From: the human T2T-CHM13v2.0 reference genome, Homo sapiens
Length of the DNA: 64,000 bases
Reading direction: 5' to 3' (one strand)
Assembly: GCF_009914755.1 (NCBI RefSeq)
Contig: NC_060942.1
Part shown: positions 40,147-53,101 of the stretch, piece by piece
Layout: every line of letters starts with the position of its first letter
How positions within the stretch are numbered: the first letter of the stretch is position 1
Notes under the pieces: generated by a model
Told to the model about the DNA's origin: nothing
Database searches by the model: none
Seen by the model: the letters and a program-made list of their open reading frames with translations, nothing else
Translations under genes and position numbers: made by a program

Positions 40147-41844
40147 CTAAAAATATCTACAAAAGAAGTGATTATTGAATTACAGTCATTTGTTTATATG
40201 TAGTTATTATCAAATAATGATCAAGTTGTCAGTCTCTGATTTTTATATGTAGTCATCTGTGACACATGGAAAATGTGTAAGTGGGCCTGTCCCTTTTTAC
40301 TAGGAAGTGACTTCCTCCTACCTTCTGAGCCAAAGCTCTCCAGTCTCCACTTAGCCAGGGGATCTCTTTCTTCATGGATGACCAGTAAGGGGAGAGAATT
40401 CCTTATCCCCATGTAGTAGCTGAAGGGCATTATCTTGGCTGGTGATTGGCATGGATGGGAAAGGCCAATGTAGTTAAAGTCTTCCTGGGATCATAGTGAA
40501 TTTCAGGTTTCAACTGGTGGAGACATATCACTGGACTTAGCTTCCCAGGCAAAGTCACCAAAGATTCTATGTAAATAGCATTGAAATGCCACCTTTGCCT
40601 ATCACAAGAATGTATGCATTAAAGAGACTGTTGCAAGTTATCCTGGACACCACCCTGCCATTTGCGGTATTCTTTTTCCTGTGGAAAAACTAGTGCCCAG
40701 TTCTGAGTAGCCGACTTCTATCTGAACTTTTGAAACGCAGTCTGTCATGCGTTGTCTGGGGGCCATAGACTTGCCCCTCTACAGTGTCCCTTCTCAGCAG
40801 GGCTGCTGTCCGATGCTGTGAGAGCCAGGGCCCCTGAGTCTCCCTTCTAGGGCCCCTAGTCACACTGCCTTCCTTCCTTCCTCTAGTTCACTGCATGTCA
40901 GCCATAAATGAGTCTGCATTATTAACGTGATGCTTTTCTCATGGTCTGTGCTCATCAATTTCTCATTTCCACTGACACTTCTCCTCAGGATGACTTTCAG
41001 GGCTCCAGGCTGCTCTTCTTGCTCCCACTTCCTGTGTTTTATTCTGTGCCTCGTGCATACTGTGCACACTCCCTGCTCAAAGCCTTCAGTGGCTTTTCCC
41101 TGAACAGGACAGGATGAAGCACCAGCTCCTGGCCTTCCCTGCTGCTCTGGAGAGGCTGCCTGGGTCTAGGCACAGCTGTGGTCACCCCACCTTGGCTTGT
41201 GACCCCACCTTGGCTTTCTTGGCTTGTGACCTTTTCGTCATCTCAAATCCTTTGGCTTTTCTGAATCACTCCCTGGGCTCTCTGTGCCTGTCAGGTGGCA
41301 GCACTGTCTCTGCAGCCAGAGGATGGGCCCCAGAGGGCCAGGGATGCATCAGGCTGCTTGGTTCTCCTGATGCTTGATGAGTGTCGGCTGCTGCTGGGAG
41401 GATGTTCTTGGGATCAGTTTGAATGGCAATGAGAACGTCCCACCTCAGCCATCTGCAGGACTCTGCTGGAATGTGCAGGCGATGGCACGGTGGCCACTGC
41501 TGACAGAGGCACAGGGTGGCCATCCTGGTCCCCAGACTTCTCGGGGGACTGGCCAGCAGTCACTTCGTTTCCCAGGTGACTTGGCCGTGCCCTTGTCCAG
41601 AGGCAGGGCTCCAGACTTCTTAATAGCCACAGGTCTAGGAATCTGCATTTTCCTGGCTTATGAAACTGTCAAGCTGTCTTTGAACTACGGCTCCCTTTCT
41701 AATCAAGCCTCTGGCAAAGAGAAAAGCAGCATCGCTTAACTATTAGAAGCTTGCCCTTTTAAAAATAACCTCTTCAGCGTCTGGTTTTGCAATTGAATAA
41801 TTGCCAGGTTGCTGGTTGGTGGATACCTGGTTTGTGTTCTGTAT

Positions 41845-42205
41845 ACAGGTTGAGTGTCCTGTATCCAAAATGCTTGGGACCAGAAGTGTTTTGGATTTTG
41901 CATCTTTTGCAGATTTTGGAATATTTGCATATACAGAATGAGATATCTCGGGGATGGGGCCCAAGCCTGAACACAAAATTTATTTATGTTTCATATATAT
42001 GTTATACACATGGCCTGAAGGTAATTTTATGCAGTGCGTAATAATTTTGTGCATGAAACAAAGCTTGAGCTGCATTTTGATGTGACTGGCTCAGGAGGTC
42101 AGTGGTGGACTATTCCACTTGTTGTGTCATGTCGGCTCTCAAAAAGTTCGGGACTTTAGAGCATCTCAGATGTTAGATTTTCAGATTAGGTATGCTCAAC
42201 CCCTA
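41845..42205. mobile_element. MER2 (Tigger-derived) DNA transposon
   Basis: 'tacaggttgagtgtcctgtatccaaaatgcttgggaccagaagtgttttggattt...cagattaggtatgctcaacc' with inverted ends. Confidence 0.9.
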
Positions 42206-42699
42206 ATACATTTCTGCTAGTTGTTTTTTTCTTATCCTGCAGTCTATGTACAGGCCTGTCTCTCATTTTCTGTCTCTACTGAACTGTCTGGAGACAGTCT
42301 AGCATATTCAAACAGCCGAGCTGCTGCATTCTGTTTTCCCTGGGTAGAATCTCCTAAGTTCTTTGGAGCCTTCTTTCTGGGAACATGAAAAAGGGACTCA
42401 TGCAGTTATAAAAAGAAACTAGAGATCATCCAGCTATAAAATTGCATCTTAGCATTAGCTTCTGTTTTGTCTACCATTCATTTTCTATTCATCCTTGTCT
42501 AAAGTTTGTCCAGCAATTTGAACCTGGTAATTTTAGTTCTGTGGTTTCTATTGGCTCCTAGACCCTTACCAGTGGTTAAAAATACAAATTGCAAGCCTGT
42601 CTTGGTGGGCATGTATACAGACAAAGCTGAGGACTTTCTGCACTGCTGGATCTGAGAATCCTGAGCTGAGCAGCCATGCTTACCAGCACCTTGTGCGTA

Positions 42700-42800
42700 T
42701 GGATGCATGAGCTTGTGTGTGTGTGTGCACTGTACACTCATGTGCAGAGCTATGCACACACGTATGTGTGTGCATGTATGTTCATGTGTGCATGTGTGTG
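42700..42800. repeat. (TG/CATG)-rich simple repeat
   Basis: 'gtgtgtgtgtgcactgtacactcatgtg...tgtgtgcatgtatgttcatgtgtgcatgtgtgtg'. Confidence 0.8.
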
Positions 42801-43584
42801 GTAAGGGGTGGCAGGGACTGGACTGCAGCATTTGACGGTCCACCCCCGCCCATCCGTTACAAACATGCATGTATCTTTCTGTGATTTATTCCACACTGAG
42901 GGGCTGTGAAAGGAGCATGGCCTTGGGGGCATTATAAATCCAGATTGGAGTCAGCCCCTAGCTCTCATGCATCTGTAATCAAGTGACATTACCCCACCCA
43001 GCATCAATATTTTCTACTAAAATGGGCATAGTGATTTATGCCAAAAATGAGGGAAAAAACAAAAAAACCTAAAGCAGTCGGCACAGGGCCTGACACAGAA
43101 GCACTCAGCAATGGCCAGTTTTCTTTGCCTTTGAATGGCCTAAAAGGGCAAGAGGTGACTGGGGAGTGAAGGAGAAAGATGAATGTGTATATCAGTTCTG
43201 TGTGCACTGTGCTGGACCATAAGTGGGCATCCCAGGCCGCAGCATGGTAGCTGCGCCATCAATCAAAGAACTGCATCTAAACCGCCTGGAGTGGGATTTG
43301 GCTTTGAGAGCAGCCTGCCTTTTCCAGGCAGATGCAGTTCCCTCCCAGGCTTGCCCGCTAAGGCCCCCAGCCGAGGGCAGTGTTTGCAGCTCCTCTGCTC
43401 TGTCCACTTGGGTTCCTTTGAGCGATGGGAGGAGGCATTTGACAACACATGGGCATCAATACCTGTCCCCACTGGGCCCAGGAGAGATGCAGCATGGCAG
43501 GAGGCCCACACCCTCCTCAGCCTTGCCACGAGCTCTGCTCCTGGGTGGCTCGCCTCCCATGTGGCTCCACTTCATCTCTGCACT

Positions 43585-43895
43585 TATTTATTTATTTTTA
43601 ATTTACTTTTCTAGAGACGAGGTCTCACTCTGTCACCCAGGCTAGAGTACAGTTGCACGAGAATAGCTCACTGCAGCCTCGACCTCCCAGGCGCAAGCAA
43701 ACTTCCTGCCTCAGCCTCCCAAGTAGCTAGGACTATAGGTGCATGCCGCTGTGCTGGCTAATTTTTAAATTTTACATTTTGTAGAGATGGGGTCTTGCTA
43801 TGTTGCCCAGGCTTGTCTCCAACTCTGGCCTCAAGTGATCTTCCCACCTCAGCTTCCCAGTGTGCTGGGATTATAGGGGTGAGCCACCGCGTCTT
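43585..43895 (-). mobile_element. Alu (AluJ-like)
   Basis: 'gagacgaggtctcactctgtcacccaggct...atagctcactgcagcctcgacctcccagg'. Confidence 0.93.
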
Positions 43896-44589
43896 GCTTG
43901 TATACTCATCTGAATCAAACCTTAATAGGTTTCCATGCTGAAGAGCTCTTTTTGGTCTCTGGGTCTTTTTGATTATTTCACCCGCACCATAAGACTGTGA
44001 ATTATAGCTCTTATTTTAAAATTTATTTACTAGCCACAGTGGACTAGATGCTATCCAAAAAATTAGAAGCTTTTGTAATATTAGTACAAAATTATATATA
44101 AATACATGTAATTTAATATTTTAGTATTTCTTTTATATTCTCTCATTTTTTTCTAAAACACTGTGAAATTGTTAGGGCAATATTTGTAGTCTAAATCTGC
44201 AGATGACAAGGTGAGGTGGAGAGAGGATGGCTGACAGACTGGGGCGGCCTCCTGATGGCCACGTGTGTGGTGACTGACTTTTGTTACCGAGACCTAGGGG
44301 AGGGACGTGGTGGTCACGGCACCAACTTTGAGATGCCTAAGATCTAGTTAGTAGTACTAGAATGCATGGGATTGGGAACTTTAAATGAGTTGTAAAAAAT
44401 AAGTGTTATTAGAGTTCCAAAAAGAAAGAAACGAGTTTGGCCGCTGAGATATTTAGAGGAACATAATATCACCACGTTCAACTGATAAATTAAATTTTAA
44501 GAAAGATTGATATTTGCCAAAAGATATGAAGTTAGAGTAAAAGAGGCTCGGTGGCTTGACCAGGGTGTGGTTTTCACTCTTTCATTCAC

Positions 44590-44940
44590 TGACAAGTAGT
44601 GTTGGGGGGCCCGGCCGCGCCGAAGCCTGCTTGAGTCACCGAGCCAGGGCGCTGCGGCTCCCCACTGCTGGCGGAGTCTTATTGTTGTGTCTCTCGCTTT
44701 GCCTTTCACAGTTCTGGCATGGCAGGGCTTAATGAATGTCAGGCTCAGAGGGAAGAGAATGGAACCTGCGAGCACTTTCTGCCACTCACAGAGCGGGGTC
44801 ACCTCGCCCTGCTCCCCCAGCTGCCTACAGGCCTGCCGTGCCCTTCCCATCTCCGCAGCCTCAGCCTGGCTTCCCTTGAGGACCACCACCGCCCTTAGCC
44901 CATCTCCCACACCCATCTTGCTGAGAGTGCAGGTGAGCCC
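44590..44940 (+). promoter_or_regulatory. CpG-rich candidate enhancer or alternative promoter
   Basis: 'gggggcccggccgcgccgaagcc', AP-1 TGAGTCA at 44632-44638, donor CAG|GTGAGC after 44932. Confidence 0.35.
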
Positions 44941-45049
44941 GGCCCACCCGAAGCCACGTTGCCTCCCATCACCCTTCAGTGCTCTGGGGCCACAGGGGAA
45001 AGCCTGTGACCGGCGTCTGCCTCTGCCTGCCTTGGTCTCTTCATCGTCA

Positions 45050-45450
45050 TAATGCCCTGGACTCCAATTGCTTAGGGTTGTCCCAGACACACTGTGCTCT
45101 GTCATCTCTTAACCTCTGCTTCATGACAGTCTTTCCCCCTGGAATCTTGTCCCCTCTTTCTGTCATCTGACTAATTATTACTTATCCCTTAAGACTCAGA
45201 TGAGTGGCCACCTCCTACAGGAAGCCTTCTTCCACTCTCTCTTCTTCCCACTGCTTGGCGCTTCCTCTCCTCTCCTGAGCTGAGCTGTGATGATTCTGTG
45301 ATAGCCCTGCCCAGCTGGTTTGTAGCTATCTGCTATCTGTCTCCTCTTCCTTCCCAGACACTTCCAGCTTGTCTGAGAACAGGAGCTCATCCGTGTTGTT
45401 CCCCTCGGTGACTAGCACTGCACCTGGCGCCCAGGAAGACTTAGCCAATG
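45050..45450 (+). mobile_element. L2 3' fragment
   Basis: 'tccttaagactcagatg-like...cacctcctacaggaagccttc...ctagcactgcacctggcgcccaggaagac'. Confidence 0.65.
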
Positions 45451-47028
45451 GAGGAATCATAGGATGGCTCGGTGGAGGGATGGCTACAAAACCTGTCTTT
45501 TCTCATACTCATTTCTTGTTAACTGTGCACAAATAATTCCATATTACCACTTCTTATTGTGCTTAATCCTAGGGTAAATTTAAGTTAAGAGTGTGCTGTG
45601 GGGAAGAAAGGCAAGTTGTCTGAAGATTATTCTGCAGTGAGAACTTTGGATCTGTCTCCTGATACACTGTAGAACCAGGATAAACCATAATTGTCCAAAT
45701 CCTTCAGGGCTTTCCTTCCAAATGAAGTGATTAACTTCTGCGGTAAACTTCCTCTTGTCCAGGCTCCAGGCTTCGTGCTGGGCCTGACAGCACTCAAGCT
45801 TTGCTGCCCACGTAGGCAATTAGGGTGTCCTTATCCTTCGGTTCCACTGCCTGGTGAAATATTAGATAACGAGGACAGAGCTTATCTTACACGTGTCTGA
45901 GCTGACAAATATGGCAGCCTTTCAGCAAAAGGCAAATGCAGACGAGGCCTTTTCCCTGGCTGGAATAAGAATGAGCCTCATGCGTGTCTGGCCCCATTGC
46001 CGATGGTCAAATGCACTCGACATGATTTCCATAGCACCCAGACAGCCTGAGTAGCTCATATCTACCTGTCTAGTCAATACATCAGCTTTGCTGGGGAGAG
46101 AGCAGGAGTTTGTCACTGGGGCTCATTTCTAATGCATCAGGAACAAATCTGTTACTGGCTCTCTTTATTCCGGCATGAATACTGTAAGCTGCATGAATTT
46201 ATCTTCGGTGATAAATAACAGTGCCTTCTGGGTTCTGTTTTTTTAAAGGGGTCTTTGCTAAGCCATTAATATTGAGGTGAAGAGAGAGGAGAAGAAATGG
46301 ATTATGCCTGACCGTGGAGATTAGCAGCCTGCTCAGGTGAAGGGTGGCCACACTTATTAATGCACTAATGAGCAAGCAGGGTCATTCTGATGATTAGTAA
46401 TTTTGGCAACATAACTTCTGCCCCAGATTTGATTAAGCCTTCATACAGACTTCCTCTTCCAGGAGATTATCTTTTCAAAGCACATTTGGTTTCCCACTCC
46501 CCCTTTCAAGCCCATTAGGAAAATTAAAGCATTTAATTTTAGTGATGAATTTTACTGATACAGACAACTGCTTTTCCAGATTTTCTCCAAATGTAAGCAC
46601 AATTGCTACATCAACCAAAATACCTCTTACTGAACACAAACTGGCGTTGTGTGGAGATTGCTGATTCCTGGTAATATATTACAGAATAATAAGCTCTGTG
46701 TTGGAAAGAATATATATATTTCAATATTGAACCAAGCCAGGGGAGCAAATTAAATAGGAGAACTGAAAGTTAGCTAATATCTGCAAACTTACTTCCTCTT
46801 AAATGAACTTGTCCATCAAACCTTCAGATTTCCCCTACTTTCTCCCTTAAAGAAACAGATCAAAAATATTTCGTGATGCACAAGCTAGCTAATGTCACAC
46901 AGCTGAAGCACTGGAGTGAATGAAAGTTGAAGATATGGCAGACTCCTTGAGGCTAAAATTACTGCAACCTAGATGTTGAAAAAATACCTAGTAAAGAATA
47001 GAAACTGAGGGCCGGGCATGGTGGCTCA

Positions 47029-47288
47029 CACCTGTAACCCAGCATTTTGGGAGGACAAGGCAGGCAGCTCACTTGAGGTCAGGAGTTCTAGACCAGCCTG
47101 GCCAACATGGCAAAACCCCGTCTCTACTAAAAATACAAAAATTAGCCGGGCGTGGTGGCAGGCGTCTGTAATCCCAGCTACTGGGAGGCTGAGGAGAGAG
47201 AACTGCTTGAACCCGGGAGGCGGAGGTTGCAGTGAGTTGAGGTCGTGCCACTGCACTTCAGCCTGGGTGACAGAGCAAGACTCTGTCT

Positions 47289-47320
<32 letters not shown>
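47029..47320 (+). mobile_element. Alu (AluSx/Sz-like) with TSD
   Basis: Full dimer with a long A tail; TSD 'aagaatagaaactgag'. Confidence 0.96.
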
Positions 47321-47321
<1 letters not shown>

Positions 47322-47540
47322 ATAGAAACTGAGAAGGGCTCTGAGGGCTCTGAGTCACAGCTACCATTTTACCTTTCCCCTGCCAACCAAGTGAAGTCAG
47401 ATTATGACAGTCGCTGTGCCATTGTGAGAAGAGCCTAGGAGCCCTGAAACAGACACACATCCATATATACAAGGATCTCTGACTTTAAGGCAAGTCAATC
47501 TCAAAACAATCTGGATACCTTAAAAATCAGGGGGGAATCG

Positions 47541-47788
47541 TTGAGAGGCCAAGGTAGGCAGATCACTTAAGGTCAGAAGTTTGAGACCCCAGCCTGGCCA
47601 ACATGGCAAAATCCCGTCTCTACAAAAATACAAAAATTAGCCAGGCATGGTGGCGCACACCTGTAATCCCACATATCAGGAGGCTGAGTTGGGAGAAACC
47701 CTTGACCCTGGGAGGCAGAGGTCGCAGCCAGCCTGGGTGACAGAGTGAGACTCTGAATCTAAAAAAAAAAAAAAAAGGAAAAAAAAAT
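47541..47788 (+). mobile_element. 5'-truncated, internally deleted Alu
   Basis: Begins 'ttgagaggccaaggtaggcagatcac'; right arm jumps 'gtcgcag'>'ccagcctggg'. Confidence 0.9.
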
Positions 47789-47994
47789 AGGGGGGATCAG
47801 TATGTGTATGCACCCCTGTAACATCACACTGTATCTACTTGCAAAGAAAAAAGGGGTTGGGAGTTCCAAGTCATGGGAGTCAGAGACCCAGAGAAATCAG
47901 ATTGCCTAGGAAGCTGGCAATATGAAAATATTATATGTTTATTCATTTTCTTTTTGGAGGTTTCCACTCTTGAAACACCACCGCTTCCTTGGGT

Positions 47995-48176
47995 CAGAGG
48001 GTTCTCAAACTCTAACATACATCAGAATCTCCTAGATGGCTCTGTAAAACCCAGACTGCTGGCCTCATGCCCAGAGCTCCCAGTAGATCTGGGTGGACCT
48101 GAAAATTTGCATTTCTAACAGGTTCCCAGGTGATGCTGATGCTGCTGTTCTAGCAACCACACTTTGAGAACCCCTG
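47995..48176. mobile_element. MER5A (hAT-Charlie)
   Basis: 'cagagggttctcaaact...catcagaatc...tttgcatttctaacaggttcccaggtgatgctgatgctgctg...ctttgagaacccctg'. Confidence 0.88.
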
Positions 48177-49788
48177 CCCTAGGCATTGCATTCCAGAACT
48201 CTCTCCATGTTAGACAGTCTCACTCTCATTTAGTTTGTAAATATTGAGCCCTTACCAGATGCCAGGTACTGTGCTAGAAGCAGGGAATCCCAGAAACACC
48301 CTGCCTTGGTCTTTACCGAGAACAGTCGACCTGTCAGATTCCCTCACAGAAAGGACCCCAGTCACCCTCAGCCTGCATGCCCGCTGAGTGGAAGACCTGC
48401 TTATTCCAACGTCCACACTTCGTTTCATAGGGTGGAATCTTCAAGACATACAGGCTTAGACAATTTCAATTACTTGCTTTTCCTTATAAGGCAGACCTCT
48501 TTCCCACCTCCAATAGACACATGATAGTAGGTTTTGCAGACTAACCTCTCTCTTGGATGGCTGGGCCTTGCATAGACTTATGGGTCCTCTGATCCCTTCT
48601 GGGCCACTGTCCCAGTGGGGCTGTTTTTCTCCAATCTTCAGGACTGTTGTTTATGATTGAGCCTTTGCTCATTCATAATCCTGCTTACTGGTATCCAATC
48701 CTTTGTTTATTTCCTTAGCTTTAGAATGTCTACAAAAAGGGGGGAGGTCACTTTCAATCTTGAAAAGTTAGTCCTCAAATAAGTTTATGTAGTAATAGCC
48801 GGTAGCTGATCTTGAATCTCTTTCATATAAATTGGATGGCTGTTTCTCTACATTGCCAACAATTTCTTTATTTTAGACTTCTGGAACACCCTGCATCTGG
48901 AATCCAGAAAGCCTTTTTGTATGAGTCGCACCATTTTCTTGGTTCCTGTAGAGGATGTGGTGCTGAGATTATTCATATCGGGAAAAAAAAACCATTCTCA
49001 GAAGAATAATTTCTTTGTCCTCCTGTCCCATTGAGAAGCTTTGTGAAAATACTGTGAAAAGACAGAATTATTTTGGCTTGAAGCTGAAAGCTGGTGACAT
49101 GTATGCTCTAAGTGGTCTCACTGTGCGTGGGTAAGGGGCCTGTGGCTTCTCTAGCACCTGCTTGGGAGGGGCTTTCTTCTCCTTCTCCTTTTCAATAATT
49201 TCATCTTGAACCTCTCTATTCTGAATGGACCAGTGGGAGTGATACTTTTTTACACAGAGATTTATACATAACATAACAAATTTGAAGGCTGGGAAATGAA
49301 TCTATTGATTTCTTCATTTTCTGAAAATGTTTGGAATTTTATCTTTTTTCAGTGAAATATTACAAATAAATTTACAGATGGGGCTTCATTAAGGAATGTA
49401 TTTTAAAATATGTGATCAAAACGATTCATTATTTTTTAAATTTCAGTTTCCTCCCTTGCCCTTAGCATGTTTTTTTTTTTAGGGTCTCTGGTTGTTACCT
49501 CACCAAGCGAAGGGACAGCAAGTTCCTTTTCTCCCTCTGCTACTCGCCGGGTGTTTTTGTACGCAGCTTCCATTTCTGAAAACACTTTTTGGCCTCTGTG
49601 TTCTTAGGATTGAATTGTTCTTGTGCTGTCGACACAATCCACTCATGTCACCGCTAGTTTCTTGAAACTATCTTGACCTTGTTTCAGAGAAAGTGGCTTC
49701 CCTAATCCTACAGTCCAGCAAAATTTACATTTCATGATGCACCCGTTCAGCTGTGTGCTCACTCAGAAAGCTCTGCGGAATCATCTAG

Positions 49789-50130
<342 letters not shown>

Positions 50131-50850
50131 TTGCCATCTTTTTTCTTCTGTGGTTGGTTTCTGTCCCCAAACTGTGATGGGAGAAGGCAGGTGAAATGAT
50201 GGTTGGATGCCACTGCAAGCTGCCTTTTCTGTGTGGGCTCTTGGTCTGTGTACATGGGGCCCCATGGCACACTGAGTTTTACCTAGGAAGGCTTCAGCTG
50301 TTCATTTTCGTTTGCAAATCCTCCGTGGAGACCCAGGGAGAGACTGCAGGAGTTGCTTCTTATTTCTTGACCAGGGTTTCCGCTCCCATCACCGTGGCTT
50401 TTTGGGGAGCCTTGCTGGTGTGTTCCTGGGATGGCTGTGGCCTGCCACTGTGTCCTCTTACACAGGAGTCAGCCCTGGATGAGACCTGCAGCCCTGTGGC
50501 CTTGGACTCCCACCTTTCCCCCAGGCTGGGTCCCTCAGGCATGGCCCTTTCCCCCAGTGTCCCCTTAGGCATGGCCCAGTTTGCTTGGTAGGGCCTGACA
50601 CTCTTCAGATGGTGAAGTCAGAAAGAAAGGAAAGTCTAAAGGAGAGAAGCAGCTCAGAGAAGGGAGAAGAGGGTTTGGGAGGAAAGGGAAAGAGGTGTTG
50701 AGAGGTTATGACGCCCAGGAGAGGTGAATGCAGGGAGGGAATGGAGGGGCCCAAGGAGTGACAGGCAGACGGGGTCTCTGATCCGGGGGTGCTGGGCCTG
50801 CCCTGCAATCTGAGTCACAAAAGCCAGTGGGGAAAGACAAGGCAGGCATT

Positions 50851-51290
50851 GGGTGTGCGAGTGGGTGTGCATGTGTGTGGCTGCGTGTGTGGGGGTGTGC
50901 ACGTGTGTGGCTGTGCATGTGTATGGGTGTGCATGTGTGTGAGTGTGCATGTGTGTGACTGCATGTGTGTGGGTGTGCATGTGTAGGTGTGAGTGTGCAT
51001 GTGTGTGACTGCATGTGCGTGGGTGTGCATGTGTGGGTGTGCGTGGGTGTGGGTACGCATGTGCGTATATGGAGTACGGGGGAAGGAGATGTGGGTAAGG
51101 GTTTGTGTATGGGAGGGTGTGTGGGTATAAGTGTGTGCATGTGAGGGGGATAGGTGTGTATATATGTGTGTGCATATGGAGTGTGGGGGAGATAGGGGTG
51201 TATGTGTGTGTGTTGGTATGTGTATGTGGGGGGTAAGTGTGTGTGTGTGCGTGTGCGTGTATGTGCACGTGTTGTGTGTGTGCGCCTGCA
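50851..51290. repeat. (GT)n/TGCATG low-complexity minisatellite-like tract
   Basis: GT-rich tract; 50-bp unit repeated at 50941-50990 and 50991-51040 with 2 mismatches. Confidence 0.92.
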
Positions 51291-52304
51291 CACGGAGAGC
51301 CCACTCATACGTAGCAGAAAATCAAATGGCCCCAAATCAGAAACATGGCGCATGTGAGCATGCCACTTCTTGTGTGCCTGTGACTGTTCAGAATGTACAC
51401 GGCCCTGCAGCTCCCGAAGGCCAGCTCTGCTGCAACCCCTCCTCTGTCCAACACAGTCCTCACTGGTGTCTTTTCCTCTTCAAATCTACAGCATTTCTGA
51501 TCTCTGCAAACAATTTAACCCAAAACCAAGTTCTGGCTGACAAGGCTACATCTTGTTTCTTGTGCGTGATTAGCCTCGAGACCCAAGGAGCTCCCTGCCC
51601 TTGACTGATTCATTCTGTACCTGCTGGACCTGGAAATGCATTAAAAGCTCGGGAAAGCTTACTGATCAATTGCACTGGAGATTGAGTCTGGTTTGGGGCT
51701 TTACATTTGTAAAGCATCTTATGTGCAAAAGTAATTTGAAAGACCAATTTATTATTTCTAATTCAGAGGTCTCATTATCATCAGATGGAATGGAGGAAGC
51801 AGTGGCATGAGTTGGTGCCCTTGAGGCTGGTGCTTGTGTTCTCCCTGGAGTTCCTGCTACTCTTTGTCTTCAGGTTTTTCTTGAAGTATGAATTAAAAGG
51901 AGCAGGAGATCTTAACCCAGTATCATGTGTGGGTTTTAGTGGCTTTTGATCAGGGAGTTTTGAGGCTGTTTTATTGTCCTTGAACAATTACAGTCTCTGA
52001 AAGCAGAAAGACAGAGCCCAAATCTTGTGCTCAGTTTGCTTGCTGTAGAATTCTGTGTCTTCTCTCTCTTAAAATAAAGCCATATAAATAAAAACTCTTG
52101 GGGATTCCTTAAGAATGTCAAAAGTAATGATTGGTCTAAATTGAAGACTGTTATTGTAGAAACTGGTTTGCTTTCAAAGATTTTTTGAGTTTCATATTTA
52201 ATATCACCAGGTAGTTAGAATAGGAATGAAGAGATTAAGTCTACATTTGATTTTTCTTTCTTCCTGAAGTCAGCTGCAACATGAAGGGATGTATTCCAAA
52301 GAGA

Positions 52305-52362
52305 TGTGTGTGTATGTGTGTGTGTGTGTCTGTGTGTGTGTGTGTCTCTGTGTGTGTGTGTC
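52305..52362. repeat. Interrupted (TG)n microsatellite
   Basis: 'tgtgtgtgtatgtgtgtgtgtgtgtctgtgtg...'. Confidence 0.92.
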
Positions 52363-52442
52363 TGCCTGTTTATTCTCGAGAGAGGAAGACAGCGACAGAA
52401 TGTTAAAAATAAAGAAAACAATCAGTAGTAACCCAGTCTAAA

Positions 52443-52613
52443 ATAGTGATTCTTAACCTTGCCTACTAAAATCATCTGGGGAGTTTTAAAGTTAACAGAT
52501 ACTAGGTCTACCTCCTTCTGATTTAGTTAGCCTGAAATGAAACCTAGGTATTGGTATTGGTAAAATAAAATACCGCAGATTGGATGCAATCTGCAGCCAG
52601 TTAAGAATCACTG
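52443..52613. mobile_element. MER5-type hAT element
   Basis: 'tagtgattcttaacctt...aatcatctggggag...cagccagttaagaatcactg' with inverted ends. Confidence 0.7.
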
Positions 52614-52744
52614 CTCTGAACAATATATGCAGTGGAATTCCAGGATTGTGAGGCATGGAGCCAGTGTAGAACTAAGCGGTCACTTGTACGTGAGGCCAAT
52701 AAAAAATAATGCACACTTTTTAATTGTATGCCACATGCACATGG

Positions 52745-52900
52745 ATTGTTTGATTTGATTGTTATAACATCGTTAGGGCATTTGGGGGTAATTATAACAT
52801 TTTATAGATGAGGAAACTGAGGCTAAGGAAGATTATGTGACATTCAGTCACGTAATTTACAGACAGGGTGTCGGGTTCCAGCTCAGCTCATTCAACCACA
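52745..52900 (-). mobile_element. MIR SINE
   Basis: 'cattttatagatgaggaaactgaggctaagg'. Confidence 0.8.
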
Positions 52901-53101
52901 AGGACATCACCCTGGGTCCTCAGACAGAGCCAAAGGTGCACATGTGTCACCTTCTGAATTATAACCTTCGACCTTGAAAGATCTTCACTAGTGTATTGCT
53001 GGTTTGTTCCCAATACAGAATTGAGTTTTGTGGAAGAAGGTGGTTTTACCTTGTTGAATAGGAAGGAATGATATATTTGAATAGCTGGTTACTTTTTCAA
53101 C

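Noticed and set aside
41288-41303. CTCF-like motif CTGTCAGGTGGCAG, with weaker ones near 28100, 33770 and 61340
   Set aside because: Each has mismatches in the 5' core; cannot be called without PWM scoring or ChIP data
50654-51353. 216-aa, 215-aa and 158-aa His/Thr-rich ORFs on the - strand
   Set aside because: They are translations of the (CA)n/CATGCA simple repeat, which lacks stops in all three frames
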